Assembly: GCA_037442385.1 (NCBI GenBank) | Contig: JBBIQJ010000002.1 | Location: 1 to 45,963, forward strand | DNA from: Armatimonadota bacterium | GTDB taxonomy: Bacteria; Armatimonadota; Fimbriimonadia; Fimbriimonadales; GBS-DC | DNA length: 45,963 nucleotides | Reading direction: 5' to 3' | Part shown: positions 26,213 through 34,817 of the stretch, one piece after another | Position numbering within the stretch: position 1 is the first letter of the stretch | How the letters are laid out: the number at the start of each line of letters is the position of its first letter | Notes under the pieces: generated by a model | The model's input: only the letters and a program-made list of their open reading frames with translations | What the model was told of the DNA's origin: nothing | The model's database searches: none | Translations under genes and position numbers: made by a program

Positions 26213-27340
26213 TTAGCGAGCGATGAATTGTGGCGTGTGGCGATAAGCCTCAAATTGCTCGGCGACACGGGATTCGTCGGTGCGCCCTTTGTGCAGGTAG
26301 AGCCGATAGCGCAAAGTCAAGGTTTGCCCCACAGCCAGCAGATAGTCGCCTGTGCCAGCGGGTTTGTCTGGCTCAAAATCGTGAATCCCAAAGGGGTTGA
26401 CCGCAAACAGTCCGTAGTCGCGCACATGCCAGTGAGTCGGATGGCGGAAGTTGGTGGGGTGGTCAAAGATGGCAATCCCCACCATCTCACCCTCGACAGG
26501 ACCTGTGTAGTCGCACCATTCGGCGCGTTTGCCCCAGGCGTCTTTATTGCGTTGACCCTGCGCGTTGACAATCTGACCCCCCTCACCCCGCGTTACCTCC
26601 ATGCTGGACGCCACACGCACGCCGAAAGTACCCTCTTTGGTGTCGCCAAAGCGCACGGGTTCCTCTTTTGCTTTCAGGCTCACGGTGTAATCCAGCCAGC
26701 GTGCCTCGGGAGCGGCATAGGCGATAATCTCGGTGGTCTCTTCCAGCAGGGTTTTGCCATCAGGCGCTACCCAGTCGTTGCGCGCCACGATACGGCTCAG
26801 CACCAGCCCCGACTCCACGCGCACCAGCTCACGCGGCACGATTTTGCCCTTGCCCGCGCCTTCCGCCCAGAAGTCCACTCCATTGAGCGCGCCGTGCGTG
26901 AACCACACGGAGCGATGGTGGGGGTGATCCATCGATTCGCCCTGCACGACGCGCATCGGAAAATGGCGCGTGATGGGTTTCCCGTTCGCGCCGTAGAGGG
27001 GGTACAGATACGGCTTCGGCGCGCCTTGCAACACATAGGCTGTAAACGGCTTTCCCTGATAGGTAAGCTGCACGCTCTGCTCGGTGCGGGTATGTTCGAA
27101 CCCGTTGGGTCGCTGGGGATGGGGGCGCAGGGTGTAAAGTTTGCGTCCGCCTTTGGGCAGGTCGGGTTCTATCCAGACTAGCCACCGCTTGCCCTCGCGT
27201 TCCACCACCTGTGCGGCGACGGGCGTGGCGCCTTCCATCAGCGCCAGCGGAATTTCGGGCAGCCGACGCGGCAGCAGCATCCAGATGGGGCAGCCCTGAT
27301 AGCTTGCCTCCGTCGCCCGCACCTCCACACGCAGGAACAT
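26213..27340 (-). CDS. PmoA-family / DUF6807 protein
   Basis: MDHPHHRSVWFTHGALNGVDFWAEG and FDHPTNFRHPTHWHVRDYGLFAVNPFG match my memory of DUF6807. GGAGGA lies 7 nt before the ATG at 27340. Confidence 0.7.
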   Translation of the reverse strand: MFLRVEVRATEASYQGCPIWMLLPRRLPEIPLALMEGATPVAAQVVEREGKRWLVWIEPDLPKGGRKLYTLRPHPQRPNGFEHTRTEQSVQLTYQGKPFTAYVLQGAPKPYLYPLYGANGKPITRHFPMRVVQGESMDHPHHRSVWFTHGALNGVDFWAEGAGKGKIVPRELVRVESGLVLSRIVARNDWVAPDGKTLLEETTEIIAYAAPEARWLDYTVSLKAKEEPVRFGDTKEGTFGVRVASSMEVTRGEGGQIVNAQGQRNKDAWGKRAEWCDYTGPVEGEMVGIAIFDHPTNFRHPTHWHVRDYGLFAVNPFGIHDFEPDKPAGTGDYLLAVGQTLTLRYRLYLHKGRTDESRVAEQFEAYRHTPQFIAR

Positions 27341-27391
27341 GCTTTCGTCCTCCACACGCGAAAACTTCGCGCCAGTAGCCCCGACTCCTGC

Positions 27392-27901
27392 CTAAATCAG
27401 TCGCTCCAGCCACGCGCGGCTGCGGGCATCCAGGGCGGTGTAGTCCCGAATCTCATAGCGACTGCCGTCCACTGCCACAATCAGGTAGCGTACAGGCGAA
27501 AGCTCATGCACATTATCGCGCCAGTTGCGCACATAGAACACCCGCTCGCCGCGGTCGGTCTCCACTTCCCAGCGCAGTTGCCCGTACTCTTCGGTGAGCG
27601 AGTAGATTTTTTGGATAACGGGGATAAAGTAGCGTTGCTCCAGCTCCGTCTCCACAATCCCGCGGGAGGCAGGCGCCATGCCCTCCAGCGTGCGGAACAT
27701 GCCAATCTCTTTCCCCTCAAAGGTCATTACGCTGATATACTGGTCGGGATTGGAGAAGGGGAAGGCGCGTGCAAACTGCACATCTTCATGCACCTCCCCA
27801 TCCTCGAGCCGAATGCGGATGTGGCGGCTTTCGGGCACACGTTCCACCACCACCCGCGACGGGTCCAGCCAGCGCACTTCAAGTTGGCTCATTATTGCCA
27901 T
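27392..27901 (-). CDS. DUF1854 family protein
   Basis: [15 protein letters not shown]...GKEIGMF..L......[17 protein letters not shown]....[19 protein letters not shown]...........[33 protein letters not shown] follows the DUF1854 pattern. The start (ATG 27901 or 27892) overlaps the upstream stop (ATGGCAATAATG). Confidence 0.75.
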   Translation of the reverse strand: MAIMSQLEVRWLDPSRVVVERVPESRHIRIRLEDGEVHEDVQFARAFPFSNPDQYISVMTFEGKEIGMFRTLEGMAPASRGIVETELEQRYFIPVIQKIYSLTEEYGQLRWEVETDRGERVFYVRNWRDNVHELSPVRYLIVAVDGSRYEIRDYTALDARSRAWLERLI

Positions 27902-28701
27902 CGCTCCCAGAGCTGGGGGTACTGGTTCGGGTCCAGATTAATCTGCGAGCAGTAGGTGAAATCGTTGCGCTCGCATTCGCGCTCGGGCAAGCCGTAAAGC
28001 TGTTCAAAGGGCGTTACTTTGGTGTGCCCGTCCGCGAAGGTCACGACCACCAGCCCCATATGGCGTCCGTGCGGGCGCTGATGGAACGCCGCACCAGGGT
28101 TCAGCCCCTGCGCGGCGGGAAACGGCGAGTAGACCACGTTCATGTAGTAGCCATACTGGCGCCACAGGGGGTAGCTGCTGACCCCACTGGGGATAGCGTC
28201 CATCGTCAGCACATGGTTCGCGGGGCTGTTGAGCGCCGCCATATGTTTACTGGGAACCGTCCAGGGGCTGCCGCACGCCCACATGTAACCCATCGGCGAG
28301 GGGTAGGCCGCCCCGTAGCCAATCCGCCCTTCGCAAACCAATCGGCGCCCCGTCGCCTGCGACTCGTCGGGCGTCTTCGCGTCGGGGCATTTCGAGTAGA
28401 GGTTATTTTTGGAATAGGGTTGCAGCCAGTAAAGATAGCCGATGGAGGTGCAGCTCGTATACCCACCGCCACAGAAACCAGCAGGCGGAATGGTCGCAAT
28501 TTCGGCGAAGGGGTAAATCTCGTCGTAGTCCTGCACGTACATCATCGCCGCCAGCCCAATTTGCTTATTATTGCTCAAGCACATCGTCTGGCGGGCTTTG
28601 GCACGCGCCTGTGCAAACACGGGGAACAGAATTGCGGCTAAAATGGCAATGATTGCTATCACCACCAACAGCTCAATCAGGGTAAAACCACGCTGTTTCA
28701 T
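27892..28701 (-). CDS. Prepilin-type N-terminal cleavage/methylation domain protein, DUF1559 / H-X9-DG family (pseudopilin-like) 2
   Basis: It has [41 protein letters not shown] and a C-terminal FADGHTKV motif. GGAGG lies at 28710-28714, with a GGGGTATAAT at 28721-28730. Confidence 0.9.
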   Translation of the reverse strand: MKQRGFTLIELLVVIAIIAILAAILFPVFAQARAKARQTMCLSNNKQIGLAAMMYVQDYDEIYPFAEIATIPPAGFCGGGYTSCTSIGYLYWLQPYSKNNLYSKCPDAKTPDESQATGRRLVCEGRIGYGAAYPSPMGYMWACGSPWTVPSKHMAALNSPANHVLTMDAIPSGVSSYPLWRQYGYYMNVVYSPFPAAQGLNPGAAFHQRPHGRHMGLVVVTFADGHTKVTPFEQLYGLPERECERNDFTYCSQINLDPNQYPQLWERWQ

Positions 28702-28779
28702 TTCCGTCGCCTCCATAAGCATTATACCCCAGTCTCATAAGGTTATTGCGTGCGGGGGATAGGGTATGCTATTTTAGAC

Positions 28780-29700
28780 ATGGCGCAGGGGCTTTCGGTT
28801 CCGAAGAGAATTCAGCGCGTGCTGGGCAGGTGGGGTTTGTACCTGGCGTGGGGGCTGTTTCGCTGGCTTCCGATGGGTTGGGCGATACGGCTCGGCGCCG
28901 GGGTGGGGCTGCTGGGCTATGCGCTGGTGGGGCGCTATCGACGGGTGGCGGAAGCGAATCTTCAGCGGGCGTTTCCGGAGTGGTCGCGGGCGCAGGCGTG
29001 CGCCACCGCCCGGCGCGTGTTCCGCAACTTCGGCGTCGCGCTGGCGGAATTTCTCAAAGCCCCTTCCATGAGCAAAGCCGAAATCGAGAAGCGCCTGCAG
29101 GTGGTTGGGCTGGAGCATCTCGACGCGGCGTTTCGAGAGGGCAAGGGCGTGTTGCTCATCACAGGGCACTTCGGCAACTGGGAGCTGATGGCGCGCTATC
29201 TGTGCATGCTGGGCTATCCTATCTGGGTGATTGCCCGCGACACAGAGGACCCCGCCACCACCGAACTGGTCACCCTGATTCGGGAGCGGAGCGGTTATAA
29301 GGTGATTCCGCGCGGTCAGGCGGCGCGCCCCGTGCTGAAGGCGCTTCGCAATAACGAGGCGGTGGGCATCCTGCCCGACCAGAACGCGGGCGATGTGTTC
29401 GTGGAGTTTTTCGGTCAGAAGGCAGGCAGTGTGGCAGGTCCGGCGGTGTTCCACCTGCGCACGGGCGCGCCGCTGGTGCCTCTTTTTAATGTGCGCCTGC
29501 CAGGGGATTATCACCGTGTGGAGATTTTGCCGCCGTTGCGTTTTGAACCGACGGGCGATATGGCTTCCGATAGCCAGCGCATTATGCAGGCGTTGCACGA
29601 TATTCTGGAGACCTATGTGCGGCGCTATCCTGACCAGTGGCTCTGGTTGCACGACCGCTGGAAGTCGGCTCGCAAGCGTGGCTTCGCCTGTGGCTCATAA
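28780..29700 (+). CDS. Lysophospholipid/lipid A biosynthesis acyltransferase (LpxL/HtrB family)
   Basis: It shows ITGHFGNWELMARYL (HX4-type acyltransferase motif) and GILPDQNAGD. I chose the start at MAQGLSV. Confidence 0.8.
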   Translation: MAQGLSVPKRIQRVLGRWGLYLAWGLFRWLPMGWAIRLGAGVGLLGYALVGRYRRVAEANLQRAFPEWSRAQACATARRVFRNFGVALAEFLKAPSMSKAEIEKRLQVVGLEHLDAAFREGKGVLLITGHFGNWELMARYLCMLGYPIWVIARDTEDPATTELVTLIRERSGYKVIPRGQAARPVLKALRNNEAVGILPDQNAGDVFVEFFGQKAGSVAGPAVFHLRTGAPLVPLFNVRLPGDYHRVEILPPLRFEPTGDMASDSQRIMQALHDILETYVRRYPDQWLWLHDRWKSARKRGFACGS

Positions 29701-30480
29701 CTGACCACCTGCCACCCGATACGCCTCGCCCGTGATGTATGCCGCCTCGTCTGACGCCAGAAACACCAGCAGGTTGCACACATCCTCGTAGGTACAGCCG
29801 CGCCCCAGGGGAACCTGCGCCTCGTAGTAGCGCTGCACCGCCTCTTGCGGGATGCCCCATTTGCGTGCGTACTGCTCAAACAGGCTCTCCTGCCACATCG
29901 GCGATTCGAACAGGTTGCCCGGACAAATGGCGTTCACCCGGATGCCGTAGGGCGCGAGGTCCATCGCGATGCTCTGGGTCAGCCCGATTCCGCCGAACTT
30001 GCTGGCGGCATAGGCGCTGTTTTTGTAGCTCCCCTTCAACCCCGACTTGGAGTTAATCTGAATAATCACGCCGCTCTTTTGCGCTTTCATCACTTTCGCC
30101 GCCTCGCGAGCGCACAGAAAGTAGCCTGTCAGGTTCACATCGAGTTGCCACTGCCACTGCTCCAACGTCATTTCGGTTAGTTCCGCGGCATGAATCACGC
30201 CCGCGTTCGCCACAAGAATCTCGAGTCGCCCGAAGGTCGCCACCGTGCGCTGAACAGTTTCGGAGACCTGCGCTTCGGAGCGCACATCGCAAAGCAGCGG
30301 CAGCACCTGACAGTTGGGGTAGGCTTGCTGAATATCCTGCGCCACGCGCTCCAGCTTCTCGAGCTGGATATCGCTGAGCGTGAGTCCTCTGCATCCTTCC
30401 GCGGCGAGGCGTTTTGCAATCGCCGCGCCCAGTCCCTGCGCACTGCCCGTTACCCATGCCACGCGCCCCGCCAGACGCAC
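29695..30480 (-). CDS. SDR family oxidoreductase, sorbitol-6-phosphate dehydrogenase (SrlD)-like
   Basis: It has VTGSAQGLGAAIA (TGxxxGxG), NAG, YAASK (YxxxK) and an SrlD-like tail (NLFESPMWQSLFEQYARKWGI..VQRYYEAQVPLGRGCTYEDV). Confidence 0.8.
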   Translation of the reverse strand: MRLAGRVAWVTGSAQGLGAAIAKRLAAEGCRGLTLSDIQLEKLERVAQDIQQAYPNCQVLPLLCDVRSEAQVSETVQRTVATFGRLEILVANAGVIHAAELTEMTLEQWQWQLDVNLTGYFLCAREAAKVMKAQKSGVIIQINSKSGLKGSYKNSAYAASKFGGIGLTQSIAMDLAPYGIRVNAICPGNLFESPMWQESLFEQYARKWGIPQEAVQRYYEAQVPLGRGCTYEDVCNLLVFLASDEAAYITGEAYRVAGGQL

Positions 30481-30482
30481 GC

Positions 30483-30809
30483 CTAACCCCCTGCTGGCTC
30501 AATCTGCACTGCTGTGCCGTAGACCAGAATCTCGGCGGAGTTTTGCGTGATGTTGCCCGAGACATACCGTACATTCACAATCGCGTTTGCGCCCAGCTTG
30601 ACCGCTTCTTCGATCATGCGCTGTTCGGCTTCGGCGCGGGCATGCGCGAGCATCTCGGTATACTCCTTCAGTTCGCCACCCACAATCTGGCGCAACGAAG
30701 CCAGAATGTCGCGCCCGAAGTGAGTCGCGCGCACCGTGTTTCCTTTGACAATCCCCAGCACTTTCGTTATCCGATAGCCGGGCACGTCCGCCAGATTCGT
30801 AATAATCAT
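30483..30809 (-). CDS. YbjQ/UPF0145 family protein
   Basis: MIITNLADVPGYRITKVLGIVKGNTVRATHFGRDILASLRQIVGGELKEYTEML...AIVNVRY. Confidence 0.85.
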   Translation of the reverse strand: MIITNLADVPGYRITKVLGIVKGNTVRATHFGRDILASLRQIVGGELKEYTEMLAHARAEAEQRMIEEAVKLGANAIVNVRYVSGNITQNSAEILVYGTAVQIEPAGG

Positions 30810-31047
30810 CTCGCACCTCCACGAATGGGTTCGCGGGCGCGACGCCGTTTCCTGCTCTGAGGGTATTCGGGAAGTGCCGTGCGGTTCTGCAAATCATTGT
30901 TCCGGTATCTGGCTCACTCGATACTCTGACCATGCATAGCAAGAAACAAAAAGGATTACTACAGACAAGAAGATAACGAGTAAAAACTAAAAATCGGGTC
31001 AGAAAATAGCCAGGCATCCCACGCCAATATATACCTGCTACCGTATC

Positions 31048-31452
31048 CTAAATAGGCTGACCCCTGTTCCACGCTTGGAGAGCTATCCAATAATCCAAGG
31101 CAGTAAACAATATAAGCACTATAAACCAGATTAGTCCCAGAACCCAGTCTTTGTCTCCCAGTGCATCGCCGTCATCGAAGTAACGCCCAATAAGCCAGCA
31201 GTATATCGCTGAAAATAGGCAAAACATAGGCCAGATGAGAACATATACAGTGGGGACTACGCATTTCCTTTGAGATATACCCGTGTTATAGATCGGGTCA
31301 GAAAGAGGCCAGGTCGGCTCATTCATCACCATTATTACCCTCAAGGGCGAGTCAAAGTAATAACGATGGCTCACAAAGAAATAAACATCAATGAAAATAA
31401 ATACAAAGAACGCTATAAAAGATATAATGACGCACTTTTTCCAAGTCTCCAT
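31048..31452 (-). CDS. Hypothetical 134-aa three-TM membrane protein in an AT-rich islet
   Basis: GGGAGGTG lies 8 nt before the ATG at 31452 (METWKKCVIISFIAFFVFIFI...). There are three hydrophobic segments. Spot counts of 60-nt lines give 37-40% G+C. I recognise no family. Confidence 0.6.
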   Translation of the reverse strand: METWKKCVIISFIAFFVFIFIDVYFFVSHRYYFDSPLRVIMVMNEPTWPLSDPIYNTGISQRKCVVPTVYVLIWPMFCLFSAIYCWLIGRYFDDGDALGDKDWVLGLIWFIVLILFTALDYWIALQAWNRGQPI

Positions 31453-31573
31453 TAAACATTCACCTCCCAGCTCAGGAGGTCCGCTCGCCATGGGACCCCC
31501 ACCATTTTCCTGCACCTGAATCCGCTATTTCCGCAGCTGTCAAGAGCAACTGTCCAATCAATGTTGAACCGCA

Positions 31574-31828
31574 TCAGCCTTTCAGGGGAAGCAGGCGCTC
31601 GCGGGCTAACTCCGCCGCATAAGCCAGCGCAACGCGAATGGCGGCAGGCGTTAGCGTCGGATAGCTCTGGAGCAGGTCGGCTTCACTTACGCCAGCTGCC
31701 AGATTGCCCAGAATGACCAACACGGGGATACGCGCCCCTTTGATGCACGCCTGCCCGTGGCAGATGGCAGGGTCGGCGGTGATGTACTCCTGCCACTTGA
31801 GCGGCTCAGATGCCATTGCGGCTTTCAC
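31574..31828 (-). CDS. DUF433 domain protein (antitoxin-like)
   Basis: ADPAICHGQACIKGARIPVLVILGNLAAGVSEADLLQSYPTLTPAAIRVALAYAA is the DUF433 pattern. TATACT at 31837-31842 lies just upstream. The start is GTG 31828 or ATG 31816. Confidence 0.75.
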   Translation of the reverse strand: MKAAMASEPLKWQEYITADPAICHGQACIKGARIPVLVILGNLAAGVSEADLLQSYPTLTPAAIRVALAYAAELARERLLPLKG

Positions 31829-32064
31829 CCTGTGGAAGTATACCTGATCCGTGACGGTGGCACATCAAGGGGCATCGAAACCAAATCACATCGCTGTCCA
31901 GCAGACAGCGATTCATCGGGGTTCCTCCCCGATATGCACGCCTGCTGCCAGCGCCTGCTGGGGGGGCTACTCGTCATCGGGCATGTCGCTCCAGACGTCA
32001 GCAAAGAGCAGGGTGGCTATCTGGCTTTCGTCGGCTTGGATAGGAATGAGCACCACAAGGAATT

Positions 32065-32074
32065 GGGCTATAAT
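32065..32074 (+). promoter_or_regulatory. -10 element GGGCTATAAT placed 6 nt before the ATG (leaderless mRNA predicted)
   Basis: The sequence is gggcTATAATagagctATG, with no room for a Shine-Dalgarno sequence. Confidence 0.5.
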
Positions 32075-32080
32075 AGAGCT

Positions 32081-33772
32081 ATGCGTACGCGACGACTGTT
32101 TTGGGCAGGCTTATGGTGTCTCACAGCGAGTTTGTATGGGCAGACTCTGGTTGACCCGAACCTCACCTACGATACGGTGGTCGCCTCGGGATTGAGCTTG
32201 CCCATCGCGATAGCGTTTCTGGAGCCTTCCAATCCGAACCGCTTTTTTGTGATTGAGAAAAACACGGGGCGCGTGAAGCTGGTGGAGAACGGCACGGTCG
32301 TGGCGACCGTGCTGGATTTGCCCGTCAACAACGCCAGCGAACGCGGGCTGCTGGGGATTGCGCTTCACCCCGACTTCGCCCAGAACGGTTATGTGTACCT
32401 TTACTACACGCGCTCCAGCACAGGTTCAGATACAGGAACCCAATCCGCATGGATTGATAACCGCGTGGAGCGCTACACATGGAACGGCAGTAGCCTTGTG
32501 AACCCCACCCTGATAGTTTCTTTCCCGCGCGATACCACCCAGAATAACGGACCCAATCACGACGGGGGCGTGATTCTGTTCGGTCCTGATGGGCGGCTCT
32601 ACGGGGTCACGGGCGACCTGAATCGGGGGCGGCTCACCAACGGGCGTATCGAGCAGAACACCAGCGCCACAGCGGTGGCGGGCGTGGGTGGAATCTTCCG
32701 CCTGAACCCCGACGGCTCCATCCCGCCCGATAACCCGTTCGTGTCGCATTCCGACCCGCGCATTCGGCGCCTGTGGGCGTACGGAATCCGCAATAGCTTC
32801 GGCATGGTGTTCGATACGCTCACCGCAAAGTTCTGGATGACCGAAAACGGTCCAAATGTATACGACGAGATTAACCTCGTGGAGCGCGGCTTCAACAGCG
32901 GCTGGCTCAAGATTATGGGACCCGATTCGCGGGATGCGGCGTACCCTGAAAACGGCAACACCGCCTACGACGCTACCGATCTGGTCTACCTCCCCAATTC
33001 CTACTACGCCGACCCGCTCTTCTCATGGCTGACCCCGATTGGCGTAACGAGTATCCAGTTTTTGCGCTCGGCGCGATTCGATTCGGATGTGCGCGATAAT
33101 GCGGTGGTGGGCGAATCGAACAATGGGCAGCTCTACTTTTTCAGGGTGAACGCCGCACGCGACGATTTCGTGCTTTCAGGCGCGCTGGCAGACCGTGTTG
33201 CCGACTCCTCTGCAGAACGCAACAGTCTTGCCTGGGGCACAGGCTGGGGCATCGTTACCGACCTCAAAATCGGTCCCGACGGCTATCTCTATGTGGTCTC
33301 GATGTTTGCCAATCGGGTCTATCGGATTCGCCCCGTGAATCCGCCTGAAGTGGTGAACGGTCAGGCGCGTCTGGAAGGGCGTGTGGGGATTCCTCTCGGA
33401 GTGCCGCTCCAGCTCACGCTCCTGCAGAACGGCAACCCGGTGCAAACCATCATGACGGCGCTGGACGCCTACGGGTGCTTCTCGGAGCGCGTGAACGCGC
33501 CGGGTGTTTACACGGTGCGAGCGAAGGCGGGCACTTATGTTTCCATCACAATCCCGAATGTGTCGGTTTCGGCGCAGGGGTTCGCCTATCTTCCTTTACA
33601 GTTCGCGATTAACGGCGATGTGAACGGCGACGATGTGATTGACGACGCCGACCTGCTCGCCGTGCTGTTCGCGTTCGGACAGAGTGGCTCGCCTGCCGAC
33701 CTGAACAACGACGGCGTGGTGGATGACGCCGACCTCCTCACAGTGTTGTTCAACTTCGGCAGCGGCGGATAG
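32081..33772 (+). CDS. PQQ-dependent/soluble aldose sugar dehydrogenase-like beta-propeller protein with C-terminal double dockerin-like module
   Basis: It has signal peptide MRTRRLFWAGLWCLTASLYG. ERGLLGIALHPDF..NGYVYLYYT, GPNHDGG and YGIRNSFGM are the sorbosone/glucose dehydrogenase patterns. The terminal 52 aa are GDVNGDDVIDDADLL...NNDGVVDDADLLTVLFNFGSGG. Confidence 0.8.
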   Translation: MRTRRLFWAGLWCLTASLYGQTLVDPNLTYDTVVASGLSLPIAIAFLEPSNPNRFFVIEKNTGRVKLVENGTVVATVLDLPVNNASERGLLGIALHPDFAQNGYVYLYYTRSSTGSDTGTQSAWIDNRVERYTWNGSSLVNPTLIVSFPRDTTQNNGPNHDGGVILFGPDGRLYGVTGDLNRGRLTNGRIEQNTSATAVAGVGGIFRLNPDGSIPPDNPFVSHSDPRIRRLWAYGIRNSFGMVFDTLTAKFWMTENGPNVYDEINLVERGFNSGWLKIMGPDSRDAAYPENGNTAYDATDLVYLPNSYYADPLFSWLTPIGVTSIQFLRSARFDSDVRDNAVVGESNNGQLYFFRVNAARDDFVLSGALADRVADSSAERNSLAWGTGWGIVTDLKIGPDGYLYVVSMFANRVYRIRPVNPPEVVNGQARLEGRVGIPLGVPLQLTLLQNGNPVQTIMTALDAYGCFSERVNAPGVYTVRAKAGTYVSITIPNVSVSAQGFAYLPLQFAINGDVNGDDVIDDADLLAVLFAFGQSGSPADLNNDGVVDDADLLTVLFNFGSGG

Positions 33773-33783
33773 CAGGAAAACCC

Positions 33784-33925
33784 GCTCTGTTGCAAAGCAC
33801 GGGGGATTTGGGAACAGGACGCCGGAACCGCGTCCGTACGGGCATGGGGAGGGCGCGGTTCCCCATGCCCCACGCGGCGAGGTCTGCCATGCCACAGGGG
33901 CGAATGTGCCTCCTTGCAACAGAGC
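33784..33925 (+). mobile_element. Copy 2 of the palindromic element, flanked by 10-nt direct repeats AGGAAAACCC (33774-33783 and 33926-33935)
   Basis: The TIRs are GCTCTGTTGCAAAG ... CCTTGCAACAGAGC, with shared core GAACAGGACGCCGGAACCGCGTCCGTAC. The flanking duplication was read directly. Confidence 0.7.
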
Positions 33926-33974
33926 AGGAAAACCCGCCCCTGCCGAGAAACTTTCTCCGTGAGGAGAGAAAGCG

Positions 33975-34814
33975 ATGCATGTTGGAATACTCACCGCGCC
34001 TTTCGGAAATGAAGCTCTGGAGAGGGTTTTCGAGTTCGCACGCCAGCACGGGTTCAAAACGCTGGAGCTCGCCTGCGGCTATGGTCATCCGCACCTGAAT
34101 CTGGAATCGCCCGATGTGGACACCCTTAAGCGTCTCATGGACAAAACGGGCGTGGGACTATCGGCGATTGCGTTCTATACCAACAACACGCATCCCGACC
34201 CCACCGAACGCCAGCGCAATAACGACGGCGTGCGTAAGGCGATTGAGATTGCCCACGCACTCGGCGTTTCGGTGGTCTGCACGCTCGCGGGGCACCCGGT
34301 GCCAGGTAAGAGCAAGATGCAGACCATCGAGGAAGACTGCGCTCAGGTGTTTCGTCCCCTCGCGGAGTACGCTGGCGAGCGCGGCGTCAATATCGCCCTC
34401 GAAAACTGGTTCGCCACCAACATCCAGGCGTTAGACCACTGGCAGCGACTGTTCGAGGTTGTGCCTCATCCCAACTTCGGGCTGAACTTTGACCCCTCCC
34501 ATCTGCTGTGGCAACAGATTGACTACATTAACGCCGTGTTCCTGTTCGGATCGCGGATTTTCCACACGCATGCGAAAGACACCGAGATAATGCGCCAGCG
34601 ACTGGAGTATGTGGGCAATCAGGGCACAGGTTGGTGGCGCTATGTGATCCCAGGGCTGGGGCAGGTGCGCTGGGGCGAGTATATCGGCGCGCTCCGTCGT
34701 GTGGGCTATAACGGCGTGCTGTCTATCGAACACGAAGATAGCGCGGTCGGACGCGAAGAGGGCTTCCTCATCGGCAAGCGCTATCTGGAGCAGTTTATCG
34801 CGGAGGTGCCTTGA
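33975..34814 (+). CDS. Sugar phosphate isomerase/epimerase (xylose isomerase-like TIM barrel)
   Basis: It shows GFKTLEL, VNIALENW, NFDPSHLLWQ and VLSIEHED, the metal-ligand pattern of AP-endonuclease-2/TIM family proteins. Confidence 0.8.
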   Translation: MHVGILTAPFGNEALERVFEFARQHGFKTLELACGYGHPHLNLESPDVDTLKRLMDKTGVGLSAIAFYTNNTHPDPTERQRNNDGVRKAIEIAHALGVSVVCTLAGHPVPGKSKMQTIEEDCAQVFRPLAEYAGERGVNIALENWFATNIQALDHWQRLFEVVPHPNFGLNFDPSHLLWQQIDYINAVFLFGSRIFHTHAKDTEIMRQRLEYVGNQGTGWWRYVIPGLGQVRWGEYIGALRRVGYNGVLSIEHEDSAVGREEGFLIGKRYLEQFIAEVP

Positions 34815-34817
34815 ACC

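Noticed and set aside
30499-31017. A 172-aa minus-strand ORF starting in the AT-rich islet (MPGYFLTRFLVFTRYLLVCS...) and running through ybjQ.
   Set aside because: It has no Shine-Dalgarno, overlaps the well-supported ybjQ gene in another frame for most of its length, and turns into Arg-rich nonsense. At most, its first ~30 codons could be a remnant.
31858-31873. A second sigma-54-like site, TGGCACatcaaGGGGC, upstream of the dehydrogenase gene. A TGGCAC also occurs at 13628-13633.
   Set aside because: The -12 element TTGC is replaced (GGGC and TAAT respectively). The first site is more than 200 nt from the start, and that gene has its own leaderless TATAAT.
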